NCBI GenBank assembly: GCA_963727505.1 | Contig: CAVSGP010000001.1 | Location: forward strand, 1 to 57,959 | Direction: 5' to 3' | Source of the DNA: an uncultured Trueperaceae bacterium | GTDB taxonomy: Bacteria > Deinococcota > Deinococci > Deinococcales > Trueperaceae | DNA length: 57,959 bases | Shown here: piece after piece, positions 1 to 9,484 of the stretch | How positions within the stretch are numbered: position 1 is the stretch's first letter | Layout: every line of letters begins with the position of its first letter | Made by a program: the position numbers and the translations under genes | Notes under the pieces: model-generated | Told to the model about the DNA's origin: nothing | The model's database searches: none | Seen by the model: the letters and a program-made list of their open reading frames with translations, nothing else

Positions 1-359
1 GGACGCCGAAGGTCGAAGGGATGACCCAGGGGAGCAACATGGCTCCGCGGTTTCCAGCGGTGCGCGAGGAACTTCTGGTTCAGGAGCAGCGCCACGGCGA
101 GACCGAGCACCGTCTTGATCGTGACGGACACCACGGTGAACAGGACCGAGTTGGCGAGTGCCTGCACGAAGACGCTGTTGCGTAGCAGAGATCGGTAGTT
201 CCGCGAATCCGACGAGTTCCCCGGCCTCGCCGACACGGGCGTTGGTCAGACTGAGGTACATGGCCTCGACGATGGGGTACCCCACCAGCCCGAGGATGAT
301 GATGGCGGCCGGCAGCACGAAGGCGTACCCGGTCAACAACGCGCTGTCCGCTGTGCCAT
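1..359 (-). pseudogene. Carbohydrate ABC transporter permease, N-terminal part, frameshifted; runs off the left edge
   Basis: Pieces in different frames read LLTGYAFVLPAAIIILGLVGYPIVEAMYLSLTN / NYRSLLRNSVFVQALANSVLFTVVSVTIKTVLGLAVALLLNQKF / MLLPWVIPS, typical of MalF/UgpA-type permeases. The frameshifts may be sequencing errors. Confidence 0.75.
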
Positions 360-443
360 ATTCGGGATTCTTCTGCTCCTGAGGGTGGTTTCGTGGTGGG
401 GGGTTACCCACCACAAAACCGGAAGACGTGTTTGCCAGGCGCC

Positions 444-1701
444 TTACTGGCTCAGAATCTGGTTCAACTGGTCACTGGCCCACTGGATGGCCTGGTGTCG
501 CTCTCACCCTTGACGACCTTGCCGAACATGGTAGGGATAACGTAGTGTCGTACACCTGTGGAGCTTGTCGCCCAGGCTGGGAGGCGCGGGCCAGAGCGCC
601 ATGTGCATGAACTGCCCCATCTGTTGCGGGACAGCCATCTTGGATCCCTGCGCCCACCGGCGAGCTTAGGGAAGCTCTTGAACAGGGGCACGTTGTAGCC
701 ACCGGAGGCCGTGACCCAGCCCTCATAGTTCTTGGGTTGGTACATGAACTCGAGCAGCTTCTTCGCCTGTCCTGGCAAGGGCTCCACTTCGGGATCCCGA
801 GCGTGTAGACCGAGGTGGTTGCGAATCGACCTTCGGGCCCCGCTGGTGGCAGCGAGTGCTCGAGGTTCTTCGCGACGTCCGGAAGGTCGCTCTTAGCGGC
901 CAGGTAGACACTGACCGGGTTGATGGTCCAGGATCCGAGTCCCGAAAGGATGAAGGTGTTGTTGCCACCACCGTCCCAGCCCATGACATCGGGAGGCATG
1001 TACTGTGCGAGTTCCTTCAGGTAGTCCAGGGCCTGGCGGGTACGGCCGAATCGATGGCGACGTTGCCATCGGAGTCGATCGGATGCGCGCCGTACGAGGC
1101 GAGGACGCTAACAACCAGTCGTTGGAGTCGCCGGCGTTGCTGATGCCGAGGCCGACGGGATGCCCGATTGCCTTGAGGGCCTTGGCGTCCTGGAGGAGCT
1201 GGGCCCAGGTGTCGGGCGGGGTTACGCCAGCCTGCTCGAAGTAGTCGGCTCGGTAGTTCGCTGGGGCGGGGGTGTAGAACCACGGCACCGACCTCCACGT
1301 GCCGTTGATCTTGGAGGCCTCTTGGCCGATGGGCAAGAACTCGGAGTAGTTCTTCTCGATGGTGCTGACGACGTCATCGATCGAGATCATCTGGTTCGCG
1401 TAGAGCGCCGTGCTGTAGTTCATGAGCAGCATGACGTCGGGGCCGGACTGGGACTGGACCGCCGCAGCCATCTTGGACGGAACGTCGTTGAGGGAGACGG
1501 TATCCAGTCTGACGTTGATGTTGTTCTGCTTGCCGAAGTCGTTCAGGACGTTCTGGAGGTCCGTGTCGCTGGCCTTGATGAAGTGGGCCCAGCTCAGGAC
1601 CGTCATGTTGTTGCATGTGCCCTGGGCGGCAGCGACGCTGATGAATGCGCCTGCCATGAAGGCGAGTGCGAGGCGGAGGCCTCGAGAGTAGAACGATTCA
1701 T
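444..1701 (-). pseudogene. Sugar ABC transporter extracellular solute-binding protein, multiply frameshifted
   Basis: AGGAG RBS before ATG at 1701. ORFs 893-1657, 1017-1298, 472-999 and 464-787 carry consecutive parts of one SBP (signal peptide, GPDV, PDTWAQLL, MPPDVMGWD, AKKLLEFMY). Final frame ends DQLNQILSQ* at 444. Confidence 0.8.
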
Positions 1702-1779
1702 TCCGAAGTTCTCCTGTTCCCGTTGGGAGTTGGCGCGTGCGCGCCGTTCGTCACCGTTTCGGATTGCGCGGGCACTGGA

Positions 1780-2729
1780 CTATACGGACACTCCTTCCTT
1801 CCCGACGCCCTGAACGTCCTCTAGGACGCCCCGCATCGCTCGCTCTTCATCGGGCGTCGCGGGAGCGAGCGGGAGTCTGGGCGCGCCAACGTCGATGCCG
1901 AAGCGATCGTGATGGCGGTTCGAAGCAGCGGGAACGGGCTGACCCGGCCGTTCATGACGAGCGCCTTGAAGAACGGGTACATGCGGAGGTAGAGCTCGTG
2001 GGCCTTCGCGTTGTCATCCGCGTAATAAGCGGCGATGATGCCCTTCATCAGACCGCCCACAACCTGGCTGCCGCCGCTGACCACGCCGACACCACCCTGG
2101 GGGAGTACTTGCAGGATCATCGTGTCGTCGCCGCAGTAGACGGTGAAATCGTCGCGGCCGACGCGTTTGGCGGAGAGAACGAAGTCCGTCGATTGGGTGG
2201 GGTTGACGCCCGCCTCCTCCTTGATTGCCACGACGTTCGGCAGCTCCAGCAGCCACTCGAGTGTTTCGGCTTCGAGATTCACGCCGGTGAAGAGCGGGAT
2301 GTTGTAGAGCATGATGGGCAGGTCGGTATTGTCCGCAACTGTCTTGAAGTGGCGGTAGATGCCGTCCTGTGTGGGCTTGCAGTAATACGGGGCGACCACC
2401 ATGGCCAGCTCGAAGCCCATCTCCTGGGCCTTGCGTGTCAACGCCACGGCTTGCCGGGTGGAGGAACCACCCGTCCCTACGATGAGGGGCATGCGGCCGC
2501 TATTGGCGTCCTTGATCGTTTTCCAAACCGCGACCCGTTCGTCGTCGGTCATGGTGTAGAACTCGCCCGTGGATCCCGTGAGAATGAGGGAATCGGCGTA
2601 GTCCTTCTCGATCAAGTGGTCGGTGAGCTTCGCGAGCTTGTCGTGGTCGACCTCTTCGTCCTCCGTGAAGGGCGTGATCATGGGCACGAGGACGCGTCCG
2701 AACTTGTTGATGAGTTCCTTGGATGGCAT
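1780..2729 (-). CDS. DapA/NanA-family (dihydrodipicolinate synthase-like) aldolase/dehydratase, one frameshift near the C-terminus
   Basis: Motifs PMITPF, GSTGEF, APYY, YNIP and Schiff-base IKEE. After a single-base shift near 1898 the frame continues GIDVGAPRLPLAP...VSV* to 1780. GAAAGGA RBS before ATG 2729. Confidence 0.85.
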
Positions 2730-2939
2730 GGCGCTGGTTTCCTTTCTGTGAGAGCTTCGGCGTGGCTGGGGCGGGTGGGTTAGGGTGGCCCTGCCAGGGG
2801 GCTTCTGGAGGGTCGATGGTGCCGTACGGTGGGGAGCGTTCAGCACGGTGCCGGGCCTTCCTGGCGCCCCGGCGATCAAGCAAGGCATGCGACCGGTCGT
2901 GGCTCGATCGCCCGAGTGCGCAAACCTGTGGCCCTACCG

Positions 2940-3773
2940 TCATGATGGGCGGCCGGCCTTCGCATAACCGAGCGCCGCCGAGATCTGGCCGGTGGCCTGG
3001 AGGAGGCGATGCGCGAGTCCCGCGACGGACTCCGGCGTCACGCGCGCGCTCGGACCCGAGATGCTGAGGGAACCGACCACAGCTCCGGACGCGTCCCTGA
3101 TCGGAGCCCCTACGCACCGGACGCCGACCTCGTGCTCCTCGTTGTCGACGGCGTACCCTCGCTTGCGGATGTCCTCGAGTTCGCTTCGAAGGCCGGCAGG
3201 ATCGGTGATCGTCGCTGCCGTGAACCGCTTGAAGCTGTTGGCCCAGAACTGGTGTTGCCAGGTGCTGTTCTCTGAGAAGGCCAGGATCGCCTTCCCGACG
3301 GCCGTGCAGTGCAGTGGAGCGCGGTTGCCGACATAGACTTCCGCGCGGAGCGAGTGCGGGCTCGAGGCTTGCTCGAGGGAGACGACTTCGAAGCCGTCCA
3401 AGACCCCCATATGTACCGTTTCCTCCGTCTCGTCCATGAGGTGGCGGACGAAGGGTTGTGCGACGGCGCGCAGGCTCACGTTGGCGTAGGCGAGGCTTCC
3501 CACCTCGAAGAGGCCGATGCCGAGGGCGTACGTACCGTCCTGACGTTGTTCCACGAAGCCCACGTCGATGAGGGTCAGCAAGAGGCGGTGGGTCGTGCTC
3601 TTGGGTAGCCCTACCGCATCGACGATCTGGCTGAAGTGCAGGGTGGGCCGCTCGTGACTGAATGCCCGCAGAATCGCTGCGGCGCGTACCACGGCGGTGA
3701 CGGGGCGAGTCGCGGTAACACCCGTGGGTTCCGCATCGTGGAACTCGGTTCCGTTTGCCATTTGCATGACCAT
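2940..3773 (-). CDS. IclR family transcriptional regulator
   Basis: N-terminal HTH (LPKSTTHRLLLTL), GNRAPLHCTAVGKA, GYAVDNEEHEVGVRCVGAPI; start codon uncertain. Confidence 0.93.
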   Translation of the reverse strand: MVMQMANGTEFHDAEPTGVTATRPVTAVVRAAAILRAFSHERPTLHFSQIVDAVGLPKSTTHRLLLTLIDVGFVEQRQDGTYALGIGLFEVGSLAYANVSLRAVAQPFVRHLMDETEETVHMGVLDGFEVVSLEQASSPHSLRAEVYVGNRAPLHCTAVGKAILAFSENSTWQHQFWANSFKRFTAATITDPAGLRSELEDIRKRGYAVDNEEHEVGVRCVGAPIRDASGAVVGSLSISGPSARVTPESVAGLAHRLLQATGQISAALGYAKAGRPS

Positions 3774-4192
3774 AGACGGTGGGCCCCGCTCTGTCAAGGA
3801 CCTGTTGCGGACGGGGGGAGACACAGCGGTCATTCCTCGTCTGCACGGCATAGCTGCGCTTCGGTTGGCGTTCGGCGAGGTAAGTAGACAGATCCCTGCG
3901 TGGGCCACAGGGCGCGAGCCTGGGAGGATCTCGGCGCTCTCTGCAGCGCAAGGCTGTCCAAGCGTTCTTGATTGCGTCATCACCTAGAAGCGCGACGCCA
4001 GAATGTGCCCAAGTCAACCTGCGACGGCCTATTCCCCGCCGTCCCTGGCCGGGCGCCTGCGGCTCGCGCTATGGCGAGTGCCGGGCGATCAGGACAGCGA
4101 GACGCCCATTTTCAAGGCAGTACCGCCCGAGCCGTTCTGCTTCTGACGCTTGCCAGAGTTGCACCAGGAGCCCATGCGACTCGCAAGGATCT

Positions 4193-5209
4193 TCAGGTGT
4201 GGACGACAGCTTTCAGTGCCTTGTCCTCATGCCGGGCCAGCGACGCGAAGGCTTCCGCTGAAGCGTTCAAGTGGAACCGGTGGGACACGAGTGGCATCAA
4301 ACGGACGCGCTGGTCCTGAACGAGTCGGATCCCGCGACCATAGACGTCCCCCATGCGATGCGAGAATTTGACGGTAAGCCCCTTGTTCCGTGCCACGGAC
4401 GCTGTTAGAGCGATGTCGTCGCCTTCAGGGATGCCTACGCCGATGACTCTCCCCCCGATGCGCGCCGTGCGCACCGCTGCCATGAGGCCATCCGGAGCGT
4501 CCGTAGCTTCCAGGACCACGTCGGTGCCCCTTCCGCCTGTTACCTCTGAGATCCCTTCATGGCCCGTGTGGACGCTGTCAGCCCCGGCATCCAGTGCGGC
4601 CTCGCGGCGGTGCGGTAGCGGCTCGGCGACGTGTACCTCGGCCGCTCCGCAGACGCGCGCGACCTGGACAAGGAGGAGGCCGATCGGGCCTGCGCCGACA
4701 ACTCCAACCGTCGCGAGAGGACGGACACGTGCCAGGTCCAGCGCGTGAACAGCAACGCCCAAGGGTTCCAAGAGCGCGACTTCATCGTCGTGGAAGGAGG
4801 CGGGCACGCGTACGAGCATCGCGGGCGGAGCGACCAGGTACTCTCTCAGGGCGCCGTCCCATTGGGGGCTACCCAGGAACTTCGTATGTGCGCAGAGGTT
4901 CGGAAAGCCTTTCCTGCATGACTCGCAGCGTCCGCATGGGAGCGCGGGATCCACCGCCACGACTTCGCCGACTTCGAAGCCGAAGTCTGGCGCGCGCTCG
5001 TCAACGACCTCCGCTGCGATCTCGTGTCCAGGGATCATGGGCGTGTCGATGGTTGCCTGACCGATCCGCCCTTCACGGTAGTAGTGGAGATCGCTACCGC
5101 AGATTCCGACCGACCGCATACGTAGGAGCAGACCATCACCCTCGACGGATGGACGTGCACGCTCCTCGACCCTTACGTCCCCTGCACCGTAGATTGCTGC
5201 TGCTCGCAT
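4193..5209 (-). CDS. Zn-dependent alcohol/polyol dehydrogenase (sorbitol dehydrogenase-like)
   Basis: GICGSD, GHE, structural Zn motif CGRCESCRKGFPNLC, Rossmann GAGPIG; AGGAG RBS. Confidence 0.92.
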   Translation of the reverse strand: MRAAAIYGAGDVRVEERARPSVEGDGLLLRMRSVGICGSDLHYYREGRIGQATIDTPMIPGHEIAAEVVDERAPDFGFEVGEVVAVDPALPCGRCESCRKGFPNLCAHTKFLGSPQWDGALREYLVAPPAMLVRVPASFHDDEVALLEPLGVAVHALDLARVRPLATVGVVGAGPIGLLLVQVARVCGAAEVHVAEPLPHRREAALDAGADSVHTGHEGISEVTGGRGTDVVLEATDAPDGLMAAVRTARIGGRVIGVGIPEGDDIALTASVARNKGLTVKFSHRMGDVYGRGIRLVQDQRVRLMPLVSHRFHLNASAEAFASLARHEDKALKAVVHT

Positions 5210-5546
5210 CGTCTGCTCCTAGTCGCTGGACTCCAGTCCATCAAGGGTACATGCCTTGGAACACCTGAGATCATGCGACACTTCTGCGCCCCAACGAGGG
5301 TAACCCCGTGCCACTAGGTGAATCGTGGCGTACCGCGAGGCTGTGCGAAGGCGGTGCATCGTCGCGACTCCGATGCTGGCTCAGCATCTGCTGTGGGTCG
5401 TGTTGCGAGTTGTGTTGCCAACTCACCCCAACTCAGCCGATCTCAGCCCCAACCCTGCAAACACCACAGTGGCCGTAGTAGGCTCAGGGACGATGATCCG
5501 CGAACTCGGCAGAACTCAACAGAACAGCCGCTGAACGCTGCCGAGT

Positions 5547-5593
5547 GACTCATAATCGATCGGTCGCTGGTTCAAGTCCAGCAGGGCCCACCA
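5547..5593 (+). mobile_element. att-like site: 3' fragment of tRNA-Ile2/Met(CAT)
   Basis: GACTCATAATCGATCGGTCGCTGGTTCAAGTCCAGCAGGGCCCACCA gives the CAT anticodon loop, the T arm (GCTGG TTCAAGT CCAGC) and the acceptor 3' strand with CCA. The 5' acceptor strand and D arm are missing upstream. Confidence 0.85.
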
Positions 5594-5784
5594 TTGATTC
5601 CTCGTTGGTCACGGCACTTCTGCGACTGCGCTTCATGTCTGTTGGTGGACGTTCGTGGCATCTGTGTGCCGGTTGTGTGCCGATTTTCGAGAAGGCGAGT
5701 CCGGGCCGGCGGCTGCAAGCCATCGTTGCAACGGCCCCTCGAATCCGAGGGTGTTGTCGGGGGGCGGGCAACGTCGATCCGGAG

Positions 5785-5945
5785 GCAGTGAGGCGTGCGC
5801 GGTCGAGAACCCGCTTCACCTGGCTGGCGTGCCAGTACCCACCCTGGCGTGCTCGGTAGCCATCGGCCTTGGGGATGGTGGCGATCTGGCGGTAGCCGTG
5901 GCCCTCCTGGTGAAGCATGTGGATCACCCTGAGCGCCTGGCGGGT
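5785..5945 (-). pseudogene. Remnant of the C-terminal Recombinase domain of a serine recombinase
   Basis: QALRVIHMLHQEGHGYRQIATIPKADGYRARQGGYWHASQVKRVLDR fits the G-x-x-RQIA...GGxW...V.R.L pattern; no catalytic N-terminus is visible. Confidence 0.6.
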
Positions 5946-6021
5946 GTCGTTCCGGGCCCCGCGGCTCCCAGCGCCGAGAGCGCGTCGGTTGGTGTGCCTG
6001 CGCCGACATTCTTGGCTGGGG

Positions 6022-6051
6022 TTGACATGACTAATAGCATTCGTTTATAAC
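6022..6051 (+). promoter_or_regulatory. Sigma70-type promoter
   Basis: TTGACA (6022-6027), 18-nt spacer, TATAAC (6046-6051), in an AT-rich patch upstream of the operon. Confidence 0.7.
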
Positions 6052-6106
6052 CTACGTATCTTAGTTGCCGGCCGTTCCGACCGCAGCCGCGCGTAGGAGA
6101 AGAACC

Positions 6107-6238
6107 ATGACCCATGCCATCGCCAGCCATTACCGATTCCAGGAGTTCCGTCAGCGGGCCGCGGCCCGTCAGAAGCGACGGCACGCCCACCGCGCCCATC
6201 GGCCGCAGCGCGCTACGACGAAAGGACCCCGCGCATGA
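6107..6238 (+). CDS. Small basic 43-aa leader ORF
   Basis: AGGAGA RBS; MTHAIASHYRFQEFRQRAAARQKRRHAHRAHRPQRATTKGPRA*; stop overlaps the next ATG (ATGA). Confidence 0.5.
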   Translation: MTHAIASHYRFQEFRQRAAARQKRRHAHRAHRPQRATTKGPRA

Positions 6239-7023
6239 CCACCGCACACTTCGCACTCGCCGCCGGAAGCAAGCCTTCCGCAAAGACCGTTCCGCTCTGG
6301 GCGTTGATGGTCGCGACCTACCTCTTGGACATCCTGTTCATGGGGCTCGTCTCGTTCGGCGTCGAGAGCTTCGCGCCGATGAACCCCGCTCACCCCGCCT
6401 ACGGCCAGGTCATCATCCATGCCTACTACACGCACTCGCTCGTCGGCGCGCTCATCATCGCCGCTGCTGCCGGCCTGGTCGGCGCGCGCTTCTGGGGCCG
6501 GAACGGCGGCCTCGCCATCGGCACCGTCGCCTTCTCCCACTGGATCCTCGACCTCGTCGTGCATCGCGGCGACCTGCCGCTCCTGCCCGGCAACCTCGGC
6601 CACCTGCCCATGCTCGGCTTCGGGCTCTGGAACCACCCCGCCGTCAGCATCGCGCTCGAGATCGCGCTCGTCGTCGCAGGCTCGATCCTCTACTACCGCG
6701 GCGTGATGCGCCTCAGCGGCAGCGAGCGCGGCGCCCGCGCCCGCGCCGTGACAGCCTCCGGCGTCACCGCGCTCCTGCTCGTTCTGCTGCTGCTCTCCGA
6801 CGCACTCGCCCTACCGATGACCTTCGGGATGACGTTGATGCTGCTGCTGGTCGCGCTGTCGGGCTGGCTCGACGGGCGCATCGCCCTGACGCCGGCCGCA
6901 GCCGCGCAGCGCAAGGTGCGCGCCGCGTCCGCCGCAGCGCGCAGCAGCGGCGCAATCGTCCGCAAGCCAAGGGTTGGACGGGGCGCCCAGTCGCGTTCCT
7001 CGGTTGGGAGGCTTGAGTCATGA
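6235..7023 (+). CDS. Membrane protein, metal-dependent hydrolase-like (YdjM/LexA-binding type)
   Basis: Multiple TM segments with YTHSL and SHWILDLVVH motifs. Confidence 0.75.
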   Translation: MTTAHFALAAGSKPSAKTVPLWALMVATYLLDILFMGLVSFGVESFAPMNPAHPAYGQVIIHAYYTHSLVGALIIAAAAGLVGARFWGRNGGLAIGTVAFSHWILDLVVHRGDLPLLPGNLGHLPMLGFGLWNHPAVSIALEIALVVAGSILYYRGVMRLSGSERGARARAVTASGVTALLLVLLLLSDALALPMTFGMTLMLLLVALSGWLDGRIALTPAAAAQRKVRAASAAARSSGAIVRKPRVGRGAQSRSSVGRLES

Positions 7024-7610
7024 AGAAGGTTCAGAACGTTCTCGCGGGGGTGATCGGCGGCGGCTTCGGGCTCGATTTCGTCATCCCCAACGCCGGCGCG
7101 CCGCTGGATCCTGCGCTGGTCGCTATCGTGCGCGTCGCCGCCCTGGTGGCCTTCATCGCGCTGCTGGCCGTGATCGCGCTCTCCTGGAAACGTTCCCGCC
7201 GCCTGCCCGCGAGCCCCGCAAGGCAGCGCAACCTCTTCGGCCGGCGATACTGGTGGATCGTGCTCGTCGAGTTCGGCCTGATCATCGCCGGCAGGAACGC
7301 GATCCTGGCGCTCCACATCCCCGTGCAGGCGACGGTGGCGTGGACCGCCCTCGTCGTCGGCGCCCACTTTCTGGCTTTCGTAAGGTTCGGGGTGTGGGAC
7401 GCCCGCGTCCGCGTCCTCGGGCGTACCCTGGTCGCCCTGGGAGCGCTCGGGCTCGTCCTTGTGCCGACCCCGGCGGTGTCGTGGGTCCCTGACGTGACGG
7501 GCGTGCTCTCCGGCTTCGCCCTTCTCATCGGCAGCCTGCGCTGGACCATCAAGGACCTGGCGCGCACGAGCACCGGCCCCTGTGGGCTTTCGAGATCACC
7601 GTCCACGTGA
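7020..7610 (+). CDS. Hypothetical membrane protein
   Basis: About 5-6 hydrophobic segments, VVGAHFL motif; 4-nt overlap with the upstream gene. Confidence 0.7.
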   Translation: MKKVQNVLAGVIGGGFGLDFVIPNAGAPLDPALVAIVRVAALVAFIALLAVIALSWKRSRRLPASPARQRNLFGRRYWWIVLVEFGLIIAGRNAILALHIPVQATVAWTALVVGAHFLAFVRFGVWDARVRVLGRTLVALGALGLVLVPTPAVSWVPDVTGVLSGFALLIGSLRWTIKDLARTSTGPCGLSRSPST

Positions 7611-7641
7611 CCCTCTTAGAGGCGAAGAACAGGAGGCCCCC

Positions 7642-8106
7642 ATGCGTGAAGTCGAACCGATGCAAAGCAGCCATTCGTTGGACGCCCCGACCGCAGAATC
7701 GAGACCGGCTGCCGACACCACGTCGCGACCCGCGGCCCACTCCGAACTCACGCCTCTCGTGACGCTCAACATCGCGCTCCGCGGCCTCATGGAGTTCGGC
7801 ATCGTGCTCGCCCTCGGCATCTGGGGCTACCACACCGGATCGAGCGTCGCGACGAAGCTCCTGCTCGCCATCGGTGCTCCCATCGTGGGCTTCGGCTTCT
7901 GGGGCGCCGTCGACTTCCACCAGGCGGGACGCCTCGCCGAACCGCTCCGCCTACTCCAGGAGCTCGCGATCAGCGCGCTGGCTGGCATCGCTCTGTTCGC
8001 CGCCGGCCTACCGAAATGGGGACTCGCGCTCATCGCGCTGTCGGCCATCCACCACGTACTCGTCTACGCGCTCGGTCAGCGGCTGATCAAGGACCGGAAG
8101 GCTTAG
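7642..8106 (+). CDS. YrdB (DUF2568) family membrane protein
   Basis: LRGLMEFGIVLALGIWG...LAIGAP...FWG pattern; AGGAGG RBS. Confidence 0.75.
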   Translation: MREVEPMQSSHSLDAPTAESRPAADTTSRPAAHSELTPLVTLNIALRGLMEFGIVLALGIWGYHTGSSVATKLLLAIGAPIVGFGFWGAVDFHQAGRLAEPLRLLQELAISALAGIALFAAGLPKWGLALIALSAIHHVLVYALGQRLIKDRKA

Positions 8107-8172
8107 CGCGACCAGGACCGGAACCCGCACCCCCGCTTCGCCGGGACGACCACACAGAAAGGGACCTTCGAC

Positions 8173-8463
8173 ATGGCTGTAACCCTCGTGAACCGATTCC
8201 ACGTCCACAGCGGCGACATCGACGCGTTCACCAGTATCTGGACCGCCATCGCGAAGTACATGGAGAAGCAGGACGGCTTCGTCAGCACGCGCTTCTCGCG
8301 CTCGCTCGACGACCCTACCGACTTCGTCAACGTGGCGATCTGGGACGACGAGGCATCGTTCCGCAAGGCGCTCGCACGCGAGGAGTTCCGGCTGCTCTCG
8401 CAGCCGATCGCGAAGCTCGCGACGTCCGCCCCTGAGCTGTTCGAGACCGTGTACGCCTCGTAG
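8173..8463 (+). CDS. Antibiotic biosynthesis monooxygenase (ABM) family protein
   Basis: VTLVNRF...QDGFVSTRFSRS...FVNVAIW pattern, 96 aa. Confidence 0.85.
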   Translation: MAVTLVNRFHVHSGDIDAFTSIWTAIAKYMEKQDGFVSTRFSRSLDDPTDFVNVAIWDDEASFRKALAREEFRLLSQPIAKLATSAPELFETVYAS

Positions 8464-8505
8464 TCGCCGTTCGCTCGCTGCCCGCTCGACCCCGAAGGAG
8501 CCTCC

Positions 8506-9324
8506 ATGAGCGCCTACCTGCCCGTCATCAGAATCGCCGCCGCACTCGCCCTCTACCTCCTCGTCGCCATGGGCTCGATGGTGCTCGCCAAGGCCATCGG
8601 AGGCGACCTCCGCCGGATGGAGAAGCGCGGACGGAACGCCATGGCCGTCCTCGGGATCGTAGCGAACCTCGTCATCCTCCTGGGCGTGCTGGCGCTCTCC
8701 GGGCTCGGCGGCGGACCGTCCTGGACGAACTTCGGAGTCGGCTTCGGTCTACGCGAGATGCTCGCCGCTCTCGCGACCGGCATCCTCACCGTGCTCCTGG
8801 GGATCGGGTACGTCCAGCTCCTTGGAAGCGCCAAGCTCGTCACCGTCGAGCCCGTGCCTGGCCGTGTCACGGCCGGCGCCTGGGCCCAACTGGCCCTCGC
8901 TGCCGGAACGCTGCTCATCGTGGCCGCACAGGAAGAAGCCCTCTACCGCGGACTCCTGTCGGCCAACCTGGCTTCGCTGGGGACGCTGGCCGTTGTGCTC
9001 CTCACGACCGCGATCTTCACCGCGATCCACCTACCCACGAACCGTTCGGGGCCGGCCCAGCTCGCGAGCTGGGTACTGGGAGGGCTCCTGCTCGTGCTGG
9101 TGTACCTCATCAGCGGATCGATCTGGGTCGCGATCGCCGTCCACCTCGCCACCGACCTGACCAACGTCCTCGCCTTCAACGTCACGGGTACAGCGACCCT
9201 GTGGACGTTCAAGACCCCGCTCACCGCATGGCACCGCGCCCTCTTCAGGTTGGGCCAGGGTGCGGCTGTCATCGCGGCTCTGGTCCTGGGGTTCGGCGCC
9301 CACCTCGCCCTTCCGGGCTATTGA
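8506..9324 (+). CDS. CPBP (Abi/CAAX) family intramembrane metalloprotease
   Basis: EEALYRG, FTAIH and AIAVHLATD motifs in a multi-TM protein. Confidence 0.88.
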   Translation: MSAYLPVIRIAAALALYLLVAMGSMVLAKAIGGDLRRMEKRGRNAMAVLGIVANLVILLGVLALSGLGGGPSWTNFGVGFGLREMLAALATGILTVLLGIGYVQLLGSAKLVTVEPVPGRVTAGAWAQLALAAGTLLIVAAQEEALYRGLLSANLASLGTLAVVLLTTAIFTAIHLPTNRSGPAQLASWVLGGLLLVLVYLISGSIWVAIAVHLATDLTNVLAFNVTGTATLWTFKTPLTAWHRALFRLGQGAAVIAALVLGFGAHLALPGY

Positions 9325-9484
9325 TGGAGGCCGCACGGGTGGCCAGCGCGGCGTCGGTCCCAGTCCTACGCGCCCTGGACTAGGATGGAGCTCCGCCGGG
9401 TACCGCCGTTCTCGCCCCAGCGCCTCGACTCCGGCCTTCGGACTCCCGGCGGCCGGTCTCGCTGAAGGAGAAGGGAGCCTATGG

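Noticed and set aside
1780..2729. Housekeeping dapA for lysine synthesis
   Set aside because: The context is an IclR/sugar ABC island, so a catabolic family member is more likely; no gene symbol assigned.
5520..5593. Intact tRNA gene
   Set aside because: The 5' acceptor strand, D arm and most of the 5' anticodon stem are absent; treated as an att fragment.
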